A stretch of DNA of 59,820 bases, counting the filler, from a bacterium (GTDB lineage: Bacteria; UBP15; UBA6099; JAJRTR01): the NCBI GenBank assembly GCA_024278215.1. It is 3 parts of 3 records of this genome, joined end to end, with 100 filler letters (N's around TTAATTAATTAA, not from the genome) between each part and the next. Parts side by side here need not be neighbours in the genome. Positions count along the whole stretch, not along the records: positions 1 to 28,689 come from JAJRTR010000025.1; 2 more parts are not named here. The stretch is one strand, 5' to 3'. Below are positions 9,649 to 19,828 of the stretch, piece after piece. Within the stretch, counting starts at the first letter, position 1. Each line of letters begins with the position of its first letter. The translations under genes were made by a program, and so were the position numbers. Under the pieces are notes generated by a model, which worked only from the letters and a program-made list of their open reading frames with translations, made no database searches and was not told where the DNA came from.

Positions 9649-11412
9649 ATGAATAAAAAGAAACTCGCAACAATACCGACAATACTGTTCGTTGTAATTC
9701 TGGCGGCGGCAGTGTTTCTAAGGTTTGTCAACATTACAACAATCGGTTTCAGCGGCGCAGATACATTCATGTACTACAGAGTGGCCACTTCATGGAGCGA
9801 GGGTGACTATTCAGTGCTCGGCGACGAGCATCTGATCGACGAACAATTAGACCTGTTTCGCCCTGTCCCATTCTATATCTATTCACAGCTTATACGGCAT
9901 TTCGGACAGTACGATTACTCTATTATGTTGTTTAATTCAGTCGTTGATATTTTTAATATCATTCTTCTTTTCATGTTGGGGACGAGGCTAAAGAACGCAT
10001 GGCTGGGACTGCTGTCGGCAATGACATACGCGTTTATCCCGGCAGCTATCGAACATTCGCGGATGGCACTTTTTCATATTATGACTGAGTTTTTCGTACT
10101 GATAATGGTTGTTTGTCTTTTGAATCTCATCGGATGCAAAACAAAAAAGTCTTTTTATTTCAACTGTGTGTCGGCAGGATTGTTCGCGGCACTTGGTATA
10201 TGTACACATCCTGCAGTAGGGTTTCTGCTGCCGGGGGCAATCGCCGTCATCGGAATCGCCGCCCTTGGGCAACAAGGGGTTCAAGACAGAATAAGGCGCT
10301 TTTTCTACGGCTCGCTTCAGTTTGTAGCGGCATCGTTGTCTCTACTGTTCGCCGGTTGCTTTTTCTGGGGTTTTCAGAGAATCTTCGATGCTTTCTTCAA
10401 AGGCGGCATGAGGGGTGTATCGCAGAATTCGCGCAGCTTAATGGATATGGGCATTCAGCTTGTAAAACTGATACATGTCAACATCTATTTCTTTTTCAGT
10501 TTGAAAATTTTCGATCTGATTTTCTTCTTCGCGTGTATCTCCTGCGTCATCCTTTTTACCAGGTCGAATATTTTAAAAAGGAATAAAGGAACTGCCGGGA
10601 CTATACCTTTCGTCCTGATGATTCTGATGTTCTCCTATTTTATTTTCACTACTCTTTTCACTACCGAGATAATCACGAGATACTTCATCCCCCTGCTTCC
10701 CCTTTTCATTCTATTCATCTATCTCACGATATATGAAACTTATGAAGAGATCGTTTTATTTGCAACAGCAAGATATGGCCGGGAGCGAAGCATTATCGTG
10801 TTCATGCGAAAATCGCCGATACACCTGATTGTCATCTTTCTGCTTTTCTCGCTCTTTTTTACCAGCAATTACTCTGTCGCCCGAACTATGGCTTATGTCA
10901 GAGGTCAAAGACCGCATCTCTATCTTGATTTCTGGAACGTCTACGGCAGGACCCCGTCCGTGTACAGGGAGGTCTACAACACAATCGGAGGCAGGGTGAC
11001 CGATAAAGAAAGACTGCTCGTCCTGCCTTTTCTTTTCAGGCACGAAGGTGGTTTCAGCATAAAGCCTTATTTCGGCGATAACGTATCTTATATCAGGAAT
11101 CTTTACCTGAACCTCGAATTCGGCTGCGACGACAACTGGGAGGACTATATCAAACGGAACAGGATACGATACATATTCTTTGGAACTGCCGGAGAAATGT
11201 TCGCGCCGAATGCGGAGTTTTTTCTACGTTATTCACCCGGGCAGGACATTCCCGCATGTTATGGAATACCTTCCGGAAATTTCAATCCATCGGATGAGTT
11301 GGCATTTATTATAGATAAAGTGAAACAGGCCGGCGGAAAAGCCATCTACCGACTGGATACCGGGATAATTTTCGACCTGGGACAGCAGGGTGCTTCGAAC
11401 AAAATAAACTGA
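9649..11412 (+). CDS. GT-C (ArnT/PMT, GT39/83-like) membrane glycosyltransferase
   Basis: LRF after TM1, acidic loop (ADTFMYY), RP.PFY motif, many TMs, RYFIPLLP. Confidence 0.75.
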   Translation: MNKKKLATIPTILFVVILAAAVFLRFVNITTIGFSGADTFMYYRVATSWSEGDYSVLGDEHLIDEQLDLFRPVPFYIYSQLIRHFGQYDYSIMLFNSVVDIFNIILLFMLGTRLKNAWLGLLSAMTYAFIPAAIEHSRMALFHIMTEFFVLIMVVCLLNLIGCKTKKSFYFNCVSAGLFAALGICTHPAVGFLLPGAIAVIGIAALGQQGVQDRIRRFFYGSLQFVAASLSLLFAGCFFWGFQRIFDAFFKGGMRGVSQNSRSLMDMGIQLVKLIHVNIYFFFSLKIFDLIFFFACISCVILFTRSNILKRNKGTAGTIPFVLMILMFSYFIFTTLFTTEIITRYFIPLLPLFILFIYLTIYETYEEIVLFATARYGRERSIIVFMRKSPIHLIVIFLLFSLFFTSNYSVARTMAYVRGQRPHLYLDFWNVYGRTPSVYREVYNTIGGRVTDKERLLVLPFLFRHEGGFSIKPYFGDNVSYIRNLYLNLEFGCDDNWEDYIKRNRIRYIFFGTAGEMFAPNAEFFLRYSPGQDIPACYGIPSGNFNPSDELAFIIDKVKQAGGKAIYRLDTGIIFDLGQQGASNKIN

Positions 11413-11441
11413 TTTTTTCTCACAGCGCCGACCGGCTGTTA

Positions 11442-12515
11442 TCACATCCCTTTCCGGTCAACCTTGTTGTAGCCTATGAGAAAAAGAATTTTTGCAATTG
11501 TAAGCATATCGAAGACAGTCTGCGCGCAATTGCCCGCAATACCACGTTTCCTTGCCGGTGCATAGTCACAATGAGAGCAGACCGGATGCTCCTTTTTCCC
11601 TTTTTTAACACTCTCCCTGAATTCCTGCGCGGCAGGCGAGTTCCACACTTCCTCGACAGTCTGAGTGTTCAGGTCTCCATAAAGCACGTCTCTCTGGAGA
11701 TCATGGCCGCATGGTGGAACCAGGCCGTCGGACTTGATATTCAGCCAGTACCAAGGCCGGTCACACAGAATATTCGGAAATTTCAAGTCGTCCACATCTT
11801 TGACATCCCATTTTATCATCGGTTTAACTATTACATTGACATCATATTGCGACCAGTAATTTCTGAAGGCGTTTACTTCGTGTTTGTTTTCCGCCATTTC
11901 GATCATTTGGACCGTGACAAAAAGACCGGAATTCATTTTTTTCTTCATGTTGATGAAATTTATAATGTTGGCCCTGGTTTTTTCGAAATCCGCGCCCACC
12001 CGGATCGATTCATAAGTCTCCGCGGTAGCACCGTCGAAGGATATAACGAGGCCATTGAGCCGGGACCGCAGGAGATTCTCTGCCGCTTCTTCATCGAGCA
12101 ATGTGCCGTTTGTCGAAATCCATGCTCCGATTCCCGCTTCGCCGGTCATGTCGATCATTTCAAATATTCTTTTATTTAATAGAGGCTCTCCTCCGGAATG
12201 CAGTATGGCCAGCTCCATTTTTCCCGCGCATTGATCGATTATCTTCGTGAAAAGATCGAAATCCATGTGCTGATGCTTTTTGCCAGAACCCTGGACCGCC
12301 CTGCTGCACATTACACATTTCAGGTTGCAGATACTGGTTGTTTCAATCGCGGATAGTGTCGGGAAACCCGTCACCTCGGCTTTCTTACGAAGGTAACTGT
12401 TCATTATTCTTACGCGGTTTATAAAATGTGAAGGAGAGAAGGTATTCCTTCCAATGTTCCGCGTAATTTTTATGTATTTCCCAAATGTGCCGTTGCTCAA
12501 AAAACACCCACCCAT
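11442..12515 (-). CDS. Radical SAM/SPASM(Twitch) protein
   Basis: CNLKCVMC, GGEPLL, STNG; C-terminal CDRPW...DG.VPPC...CSHC. Confidence 0.88.
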   Translation of the reverse strand: MGGCFLSNGTFGKYIKITRNIGRNTFSPSHFINRVRIMNSYLRKKAEVTGFPTLSAIETTSICNLKCVMCSRAVQGSGKKHQHMDFDLFTKIIDQCAGKMELAILHSGGEPLLNKRIFEMIDMTGEAGIGAWISTNGTLLDEEAAENLLRSRLNGLVISFDGATAETYESIRVGADFEKTRANIINFINMKKKMNSGLFVTVQMIEMAENKHEVNAFRNYWSQYDVNVIVKPMIKWDVKDVDDLKFPNILCDRPWYWLNIKSDGLVPPCGHDLQRDVLYGDLNTQTVEEVWNSPAAQEFRESVKKGKKEHPVCSHCDYAPARKRGIAGNCAQTVFDMLTIAKILFLIGYNKVDRKGM

Positions 12516-12516
12516 A

Positions 12517-13575
12517 TCAATGTTTAATTAGAATATGCCGGATCAGGTTGCCGGAGTAAACACAACTGGGGATAACTTCGCATTCTTTCCAGCACATATT
12601 GCATTTTTTGACAATATTTCTGAATCTCGCGGCTTTCTCGCCGAACCACAGGCTGCTGAAGTCCTGTTCGGCGATGTTGCCGAGTACTTCCGGTCGGATC
12701 ATGCACATGATTATATCGCCGTTGGGCTCCATACGGAAATAGCTCCACAAAGCCATACAATCATGACGAAAAGAATCCGCGCCGTTTTCCATTCTGGCGT
12801 TGAGGCCGGTCATGTAGTAGTCGTTCAGCATTCTATAAAGCAGGCCCTGCTTCCTGTTGTTGCTCCTTACAAGATCAAGAATCTTTTTTCTATGTTCATT
12901 GTCGGTTTCGGTGCCGCTTTCAATACCGGTCGACTTGAGAGAAAGCGGATCGTCATAGAACTGGTTGGCGTCGGCGATGAAATATGCCAGCCTGTCAAAG
13001 TTCACATCCGAAAGCGACTTCTCGAAGTGATCGATATTTTTATAATTGAAATGTGAAATCGTGCAATTGACAGTCAGCAAAACATTTTTAAAGTCTTTTT
13101 TGATCATTCTGAGAGTTTCATGAGCATGTTCGAAGGCGCCTTTTACGCCCCGGACTTCATCATGTACGTCCGGAGGGCCGTCAATGGAGACAGAGATACT
13201 CAATTTTCTTCCGGCTGTTGTCTTAATAAAATCCTGTATCCGGTCGATATAGAAGCCATTAGTCGTTATGTGAAAAGTCGCGGGATTGTTTTTCTCAAGA
13301 AGGTAGCTGAAAAGCTCGGTGGCGTCTTTACGTATGAAAGGTTCTCCGCCGGAGATTTTGACAACATCAAGTCTTTTCAGTCCGGTATCAAACATTTTTC
13401 TATAAGCGTCTACCGATAGATCGTCCCTGCCGTCCTGTTTCTCGACACCGCACATGGCACATCTCATGTTGCAGCGTTTTGTCACGAGGAAAACAGCATG
13501 ATTAGGTAGAAACGCTTTTGAAAACTTCCTGCCTGCTATGTGTTTAGCTATGTGCGCCGCCTGATGTAATTTCAT
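12517..13575 (-). CDS. Radical SAM/SPASM(Twitch) protein
   Basis: CNMRCAMC, SGGEPF, TTNG, SIDG; C-terminal CMAL...NGDIIMC...CNMCWKEC. Confidence 0.88.
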   Translation of the reverse strand: MKLHQAAHIAKHIAGRKFSKAFLPNHAVFLVTKRCNMRCAMCGVEKQDGRDDLSVDAYRKMFDTGLKRLDVVKISGGEPFIRKDATELFSYLLEKNNPATFHITTNGFYIDRIQDFIKTTAGRKLSISVSIDGPPDVHDEVRGVKGAFEHAHETLRMIKKDFKNVLLTVNCTISHFNYKNIDHFEKSLSDVNFDRLAYFIADANQFYDDPLSLKSTGIESGTETDNEHRKKILDLVRSNNRKQGLLYRMLNDYYMTGLNARMENGADSFRHDCMALWSYFRMEPNGDIIMCMIRPEVLGNIAEQDFSSLWFGEKAARFRNIVKKCNMCWKECEVIPSCVYSGNLIRHILIKH

Positions 13576-14530
13576 ATTCTTTCACTTCTCTAAATATTCT
13601 TGGGAAACATATCCATGCCAGCGCCTGGCCGAGCAATATCAGCAACAGCATGTCTGCAAGTATCAGGAATGAATATGCCATTGCATCCACTGCGCTGAGC
13701 CCCTTGAGCCCCAGCATATAGACAAGAACGGCCTCTCTCGATCCTATGTTCAGAAATGTCACGGGGAGCAGCCTGACCATCATCACCAGAGATATTGCAA
13801 GCGTTACGAACACGAACGACAGTCCCTGGTTCAGGGCACCTGATAAAAGGTAAAATTTTGCATAAGTTACAACGACGGCGACGATGGACAATCCGGCGAC
13901 TTTCCATACTCGAAAGAACAAAAGACTACCGAAGGTTCTCCCGTCCGCATGCTCCTGATCACCGGAAAACAATTTCTTGAACTTTTCCGGCGATACCTTT
14001 TTTATAATATTCTTTGCAATAGTATATGCAGGCTTCCATGCCGTCACAAGAATCGCGGCCGCGATAAAAAAAACTATCAACGGCAGTGCCCTGACCTGGA
14101 TATTTCCGTGCTGTACACATATAAAGAAATACAGGGAAGCCGCACCGAATATCATGAGCAGAAAAAAATCCCAGAGCCTGTCCGCAACTGCCGTCTTCAG
14201 TGCGGACATGAAATTGTATCCCTGCTGGTGGAGATAATAAGGCCTGACAGCCTCACCAATTCTGCCGGGGGTCATGCTGCCGTATGAGTTTCCGACAAGC
14301 ATAAGTGCGCAAGCATGGAAAAAAGAAATCCGTATATTATAGAATTCCAGAAAGACCATCCAGCGAACAACTCTTACGGACATGGCTGCCAGCCCGATGA
14401 GAAAGGCACAGGCGAATTTCACCGGGTCGGCCTTCAACATCACTGCGAATATCGCAGCAGGATCAATCCTTGCACATAACCATATAAAAAGAATCAGGCC
14501 TGACAGTCGGATAAGGGATTTGTATTTCAT
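13544..14530 (-). CDS. Lysylphosphatidylglycerol-synthase TM-domain / UPF0104 flippase-like protein
   Basis: RW, TPGRIGEAVRP, DRLWD, LPVT..IGSRE motifs; multiple TMs. Confidence 0.85.
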   Translation of the reverse strand: MKYKSLIRLSGLILFIWLCARIDPAAIFAVMLKADPVKFACAFLIGLAAMSVRVVRWMVFLEFYNIRISFFHACALMLVGNSYGSMTPGRIGEAVRPYYLHQQGYNFMSALKTAVADRLWDFFLLMIFGAASLYFFICVQHGNIQVRALPLIVFFIAAAILVTAWKPAYTIAKNIIKKVSPEKFKKLFSGDQEHADGRTFGSLLFFRVWKVAGLSIVAVVVTYAKFYLLSGALNQGLSFVFVTLAISLVMMVRLLPVTFLNIGSREAVLVYMLGLKGLSAVDAMAYSFLILADMLLLILLGQALAWICFPRIFREVKEYEITSGGAHS

Positions 14531-14937
14531 TTTCTTGAAAATCCGGTTTCCGGGTCATCTCCCGCGGCCTTGCGCTTTCCGCTCTCTCGAGTTTCAAAAC
14601 GGTTTACCCTGTAATTCAAAATGCCTGCTTCCTGTGATAGTTTCCTGATTTTCTGCTCCAGTTTTATTATTCTTTCAAACTGATAATGTGCGATGATAAG
14701 CAGGGAGAAAATGGGAATAGCGAAAACAAGATTCATCCGCTTTTTTATCATAACCAGATTCTGAATCAATGTGAGTAGAGACGGAAAAAGGCTGAACAGA
14801 ATCACACCGCCCCAGACGGCACTCCATAAAAGTGTTGTCGAGACCCCGGTTTTGCCTTTCCTGAAGGTTGCCCACCCTTTTATGAGAAATAAAAAAGCGA
14901 GCATCGCTATAATGAATGTTATTCCCTTGCCAGCCAT
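14527..14937 (-). CDS. DUF2304-family membrane protein
   Basis: Three TMs, LLW..W...FP motif, C-terminal coiled coil LEQKIRKLSQE; directly downstream of a GT2 gene. Confidence 0.8.
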   Translation of the reverse strand: MAGKGITFIIAMLAFLFLIKGWATFRKGKTGVSTTLLWSAVWGGVILFSLFPSLLTLIQNLVMIKKRMNLVFAIPIFSLLIIAHYQFERIIKLEQKIRKLSQEAGILNYRVNRFETRESGKRKAAGDDPETGFSRK

Positions 14938-14991
14938 ATTATTTGTTCTCTGGATCCAATTGCAAATTCTGATTCTTCTGCAATTAGTTCT

Positions 14992-15708
14992 CTATTTCTT
15001 TCGCGCGATATCCACACTCGATCTCAGGATGGCTGTCACGACGCCGACGCCATACCTGAACATGCCTTTATATGACACTCCGTGTTTTCTTTTTCGGAGA
15101 TTTATCGGGACTTCTCCCACTTTAATGCCTACCCTTGAAAACCTGATCCACATTTCTGAAGCCATATACTCGGGTTCGATTATCTCGTTGAGAACAGGGA
15201 TCACCTTTTCACGCAGGCTGTCTCCTCTGAATGCCCTGAATCCGCACATGGAATCTGTGAGATTGTAGCCTGTAAGCCTGTTGAGCAGAGCTGTTAACGG
15301 ACCGAGAAAAATCCGTCTCATCAGTGGCGCTTCCTTATAATTTGTGCCGAGTATTCTGGACCCGATCACGGTATCACTGCCGGTTTCTTTTAATGCTTTT
15401 ATAAAAAGAGGTATCTCCGCCGGATCGTGCTGTCCGTCGCCGTCCATTTTTACAAGGTATTCGTGACCTTCCATTGCAACAGTCCTGTAGCCTGCGATCA
15501 CAGCGGCCCCCTGTCCCAGGTTGACGGGAAGCGGTATCACCCTTGCTCCATTGTCGCGGGCTATTTCCGCGGTCCCGTCGCCGGAGCCGTCATCGACTAC
15601 ATAAACAGTACAACCATCGGGGATATCGCTCAGCACATGGCTGATATTCTTCGCTTCGTTGTATGCGACAATCAGTACAGCGACATCGTCTTTCAATTCG
15701 GTCGTCAC
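14992..15708 (-). CDS. GT2 polyprenyl-phosphate sugar synthase (DPM1-like)
   Basis: AYNE, VDDGSGDGT, NLGQG, DGDGQH, GSR, DSMCGFRAF. Confidence 0.9.
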   Translation of the reverse strand: MTTELKDDVAVLIVAYNEAKNISHVLSDIPDGCTVYVVDDGSGDGTAEIARDNGARVIPLPVNLGQGAAVIAGYRTVAMEGHEYLVKMDGDGQHDPAEIPLFIKALKETGSDTVIGSRILGTNYKEAPLMRRIFLGPLTALLNRLTGYNLTDSMCGFRAFRGDSLREKVIPVLNEIIEPEYMASEMWIRFSRVGIKVGEVPINLRKRKHGVSYKGMFRYGVGVVTAILRSSVDIARKK

Positions 15709-16520
15709 CCTGAAAACCTTTCGAGTTCTGTTCCCTGCAAATCGTCAATTATCGACTTACGGATTTCCTCCTGAAGCTCACTTTTCCATTTGACTTTAAC
15801 GCTTTTATTTTTAAAGACCGAATACTTATCGTTTGTCTTTTCATGAGATGATTCCTGTAAAAAGTCCAGAGTCTGTTGCGTGACGGGCAGTTCGAGAAAG
15901 TCGAAACACCTGCGTGTTTCTTCGAGTGTATCATCAACGAGTCTTTCGTATGATACGATCCTGAAAGAGGCGGCATACTCACGTTCGAGCTTCAAAAAAA
16001 GTCGCGCCAGTTTTTTCCATGCCTCGAACCCCCAGTATTCATGCGGTCTGCCGCTGTTGCGGCAATTCGCGTGCCGCCATTCAGCCATCGGGTCGGCGTC
16101 CCCGGGGAACTCGGCGGGGTTCGTCAGCCATGAGTTTATCGTCCCGCAGGGGTTCCTTATTATTCCCAGCACTCTGATATCCGGGAACAGTTCGATCATT
16201 CTTTCGAGAAGATCGTGATACCTGACGGTTTTGATTGCCAGCACTTCAGGATTATCGTTTTTCTGTCTGAATTCCTTGTGTATCCCCTTTTCCTTTCGCT
16301 CTGTCTGAAGGAGAAAGCTGTCATTGCTATCGTAGATATCATTACAAAACGCCTCGAAATCTTCCCTGCAGGACGAAACGGTCACCCTGTTCTTGAAAGC
16401 GTGCGCGAAGAAAGGCTGGTATCTATAACACACATTCGGGCAACTGTCTACTATCTGGCCCAGCCAGCTCGTTCCCGAGCGTGGCGTTCCCGCAATCACC
16501 ACCAGTTTGCTGAACTTCAC
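15705..16520 (-). CDS. PAPS-dependent sulfotransferase
   Basis: 5'-PSB motif GTPRSGTSW, 3'-PB motif IRNP..TINS, YERLV. Confidence 0.88.
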   Translation of the reverse strand: MKFSKLVVIAGTPRSGTSWLGQIVDSCPNVCYRYQPFFAHAFKNRVTVSSCREDFEAFCNDIYDSNDSFLLQTERKEKGIHKEFRQKNDNPEVLAIKTVRYHDLLERMIELFPDIRVLGIIRNPCGTINSWLTNPAEFPGDADPMAEWRHANCRNSGRPHEYWGFEAWKKLARLFLKLEREYAASFRIVSYERLVDDTLEETRRCFDFLELPVTQQTLDFLQESSHEKTNDKYSVFKNKSVKVKWKSELQEEIRKSIIDDLQGTELERFSG

Positions 16521-16534
16521 TCCTGCAATACCCC

Positions 16535-17605
16535 CTATTCGGCATCACGGTATGCCGGAAAATAGCCTCCAGCCACAGGGTTTCCATGTTTTTCCCTCAC
16601 TTCACACAACTTATTATAAATATCAGTTTTGTGAATGATTTTTGACGTAAAAAATGTTTTGCGCAATTTCGAGAAATTCTTCTTGAAGTTGAAAACCGGT
16701 TCTCTTCCGCCCTGAATGTCATAGATTTTCAGGCCTTTTTCCCTGCACCATTTGATCGCCCTGTCAATCATAATGTTGTTGGCATTAAGCTTCCGGCTGT
16801 CCCACAGGGATGTGCGCAGAAAATCATGCGCCACCGTTTCGCCGTAGAGGCACACGATGCCGCCGACAACATTTCCTTCATGCCACGCCGTCAACAGCAT
16901 TGCGGAATCATGCAGTTTTTCAAACAGGTTCATAAAAAAGGATGTGTCGAACCTGTAATGGGGCAGGGCCTCTTTCCGGTTCATTTCACTTCTGTATATT
17001 TCGGAGAATCGTTTTATTGCGTCCGGGTCGGCTGAGATTTTCAACTCGACTCCATTTTTTTCGGCATTTCTTATTTTATTCCTGCAGGATGATTTATATC
17101 CTCCCCGTATTTCGTCTTCCGGTTGCGAAAGGTCGACATAAACAGTCTTCCGGTTTTCTTCGATATTAAAAATGTTCTCGAATATTTCATAGTTTCCGGC
17201 ATTTGGATCGAAACGTACGAATTCGGAAACAATATTCTCCTGAATACAATAGTCATGGAAGCAATCGGCAAATAATTTTGCTTTTACCTTATCGCTCAAC
17301 CAGGTATAATCCGATATCAAAGGACCGCCATAATACCAGGAAGATATAATGTCGAAACAGCTTTCGACATCGAAAACGCAGGCTTCCGCATATTGCAAAT
17401 CAGAGAGCTGCCTCTTGAAATAGGGATAGTAGTAGAAGAAATCGTCAAACTCCAGAACGAAAAGCTCGGGTTCGTAATTATAATGCCCGGCAATAAAACT
17501 CACATAACCAGGTGAATTGTAAACCGGTTTGAATTCCAATTGATTGTAATAATATGACCACCTGGAAACATCATTCCCAGAATATATAATTATTTTACAA
17601 TCCAC
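16535..17605 (-). CDS. GNAT/FemAB-like acyltransferase
   Basis: YYGGPL, IVSEFVRF.P, RNKIRNA, FKKNFS, YFPAYR. Confidence 0.8.
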   Translation of the reverse strand: MDCKIIIYSGNDVSRWSYYYNQLEFKPVYNSPGYVSFIAGHYNYEPELFVLEFDDFFYYYPYFKRQLSDLQYAEACVFDVESCFDIISSWYYGGPLISDYTWLSDKVKAKLFADCFHDYCIQENIVSEFVRFDPNAGNYEIFENIFNIEENRKTVYVDLSQPEDEIRGGYKSSCRNKIRNAEKNGVELKISADPDAIKRFSEIYRSEMNRKEALPHYRFDTSFFMNLFEKLHDSAMLLTAWHEGNVVGGIVCLYGETVAHDFLRTSLWDSRKLNANNIMIDRAIKWCREKGLKIYDIQGGREPVFNFKKNFSKLRKTFFTSKIIHKTDIYNKLCEVREKHGNPVAGGYFPAYRDAE

Positions 17606-17628
17606 TGGAATTCACCTCTGGGGGACAA

Positions 17629-18612
17629 TCAGAGCATGTAGTGATAGCGCACGTTGTAGTATTTGTCGTCGCGCCAATCTTCAAATTCGCGGGCTTCGAT
17701 GGCCTTGCTGATCTCGATTACACTCTCGGGAATCTGTCTGCGAACTTTGTATTCGAGCAACCAGTTAAGCTTGGCGAAGTCTACCCTGTAACTGCGTTCG
17801 TCTTCTCTTTCGGGGCGGACGTCGACCGGCACACCAAGGGTGTCGGCGATGATGGTTCCCAGTTCCTTAATGTTGAAGTTCTGCTCATTGCTGCCTACGT
17901 TGAAAACTTCGCGTTTCACCTTATCTTCGGGGGCTTCGAGAGCTGCGACAAATACGCGCGCGATGTCTTCGCAATGCACGAAAGGTCTGTACTGGCCGCC
18001 GCCGAGCACGAGGACTTTCCCTTCGGTGGCCGCCTTCAGGGCCATAATATTCACAGCAAGGTCGAAACGCATTCTTGAAGAATATCCGTAGGCCGTGGCA
18101 AGTCTGAATATGATTGGAGCGGCTATGTTTCTTGCGTTGGAAAGTATTATTTCTTCGGACAGTATCCTTGATTCGGCATAGAGAGAAACCGGATTGAGGT
18201 ACGAACCTTCGTTGAGCAGTATTCCCGGCGGCGCCACGCCGTATACGCTGCAGGAAGACGCGAACAGCAATCTCTCGACTCCATAGAAATTGCACAGGTC
18301 GACAACGATTTTTGTGGACTGGACGTTCACCATGCGTGTCAGGTCCGGATTCTTCCTGCATGCCGGGTCTCCCACGACCGCCGCGAGATGTATTACTGCG
18401 TAGGCGTCTTTGAAGGCACGCGCGAGGTCCGCCACGTTCAGCACATTCCCCTGTTCGAATGTAAGGTTGGGGTGGTCTTTGAAGTCCGACATCCCTCTGT
18501 CGCCGAACAGCAAACTGTCCACCATGTGTATCCTGTATCCTTTTTCGAGAAGGAATCTGGTGACATAGTTTCCTATATAGCCAGCTCCGCCTGTGACAAC
18601 AACTTTTTTCAT
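17629..18612 (-). CDS. NAD-dependent nucleotide-sugar epimerase/dehydratase (extended SDR)
   Basis: TGGAGYIG, HLAAVVGDPAC, SSCSVYG, YAESR (YxxxR instead of YxxxK), RMRFDL.VN. Confidence 0.88.
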   Translation of the reverse strand: MKKVVVTGGAGYIGNYVTRFLLEKGYRIHMVDSLLFGDRGMSDFKDHPNLTFEQGNVLNVADLARAFKDAYAVIHLAAVVGDPACRKNPDLTRMVNVQSTKIVVDLCNFYGVERLLFASSCSVYGVAPPGILLNEGSYLNPVSLYAESRILSEEIILSNARNIAAPIIFRLATAYGYSSRMRFDLAVNIMALKAATEGKVLVLGGGQYRPFVHCEDIARVFVAALEAPEDKVKREVFNVGSNEQNFNIKELGTIIADTLGVPVDVRPEREDERSYRVDFAKLNWLLEYKVRRQIPESVIEISKAIEAREFEDWRDDKYYNVRYHYML

Positions 18613-18682
18613 TTTACTTTATCAGCCTCAAGTAATATTTATAACCGTTTAGGCAACTGTAAAATTAATTTTTTCAATAGGC

Positions 18683-19828
18683 TCAGATGTCTTTTATAAC
18701 ATCGACGACCATGTCGAGGTCTTCACGTTCGAGCCCCGGATGGTTCGGCAAACCGATAACCCTTCCGGCAACATCTTCAGCGACAGGCAATTTGATAGAA
18801 TCATAATCCGGCAGGCTGTCTTTATAAAGGTTTCCGAAAATCGACTTTTTATCTGCCTGCAATGTCTTGAAAATCTTCTGTCTGTTCAGGGGTTCCTTAT
18901 ACCTGTTTCGAACCTCGACACCCCTTTGCCTTAACTTTCCGATCAACTCTTCCGTGTTATAGCCGAGTGTTTTCTCGTCGACCTTAAACGCCGCCCAGAA
19001 AAAAGTGTGCTCGACATGGGGCAGCAAAACAGGTGGGATGAGCCAATCGACACCGGCGAGTTTTTCAATGAGATACAGTGAATTCCTGACGCGCCTCGCG
19101 TTGAGACCATTCAATTTCTCCAGTTGCACCAGTCCGATGGCGGCGGCGATCTCCGTCATCCTGAAATTGTAGCCGAGATATTCGTGTGTGTCTCTGTCCG
19201 TCATTCCGTGAGACCTGACCGCCCTGGCCTTCGCCGCGAGCTTTTCATCGTTGGTTGTTATGATCCCGCCTTCGCCCGTTGTCATGTGTTTTGTCGCGAA
19301 GAACGAAAAAGCTCCGGCACTGCCGATACTACCGGTGATTCTGCCCCTGTACTTTGTGCCGTGGGCCTGCGCGCAGTCCTCGACGACGCTGAAACCATGC
19401 CGCCCGGCCAGCGACATGACGGCATCCATGTCGGCGGACTGTCCGAAATAGTGGACAGGGATCACTGCGGCTGTTCTCTGCGTGATTTTGTTCTCCATGT
19501 CCGCAGGGTCGATGCAATAGGTATCGGGATCGATATCCACAAATATCGGTACAGCGCCCTGCATAATGACGGAACTTACCGTGGCGAAGAAGGTCAGGGC
19601 CGGGACCAGGACTTCGTCGCCCACCCCTATTCCGAGACCTCCCAGCGCAAGTTGCAGGGCGGCGGTGCCGCTGTTTACCGCGACGGCGTATTCCACACCG
19701 ATGTATTCGGCAAACCGTTTTTCGAACTCCGCTACGCGCCGCCCGGACACATAGTTGCCTGAAAGCAGTACTTCTCTCACCGCCTCGGCTTCTTCTGCGT
19801 CCACAAAAGGTTTCGATACTTTTATCAT
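18683..19828 (-). CDS. DegT/DnrJ/EryC1/StrS sugar aminotransferase
   Basis: NSGTAAL, EDCAQAHG, FSFFATKHMTTGEGG, GYNFRM. Confidence 0.93.
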   Translation of the reverse strand: MIKVSKPFVDAEEAEAVREVLLSGNYVSGRRVAEFEKRFAEYIGVEYAVAVNSGTAALQLALGGLGIGVGDEVLVPALTFFATVSSVIMQGAVPIFVDIDPDTYCIDPADMENKITQRTAAVIPVHYFGQSADMDAVMSLAGRHGFSVVEDCAQAHGTKYRGRITGSIGSAGAFSFFATKHMTTGEGGIITTNDEKLAAKARAVRSHGMTDRDTHEYLGYNFRMTEIAAAIGLVQLEKLNGLNARRVRNSLYLIEKLAGVDWLIPPVLLPHVEHTFFWAAFKVDEKTLGYNTEELIGKLRQRGVEVRNRYKEPLNRQKIFKTLQADKKSIFGNLYKDSLPDYDSIKLPVAEDVAGRVIGLPNHPGLEREDLDMVVDVIKDI

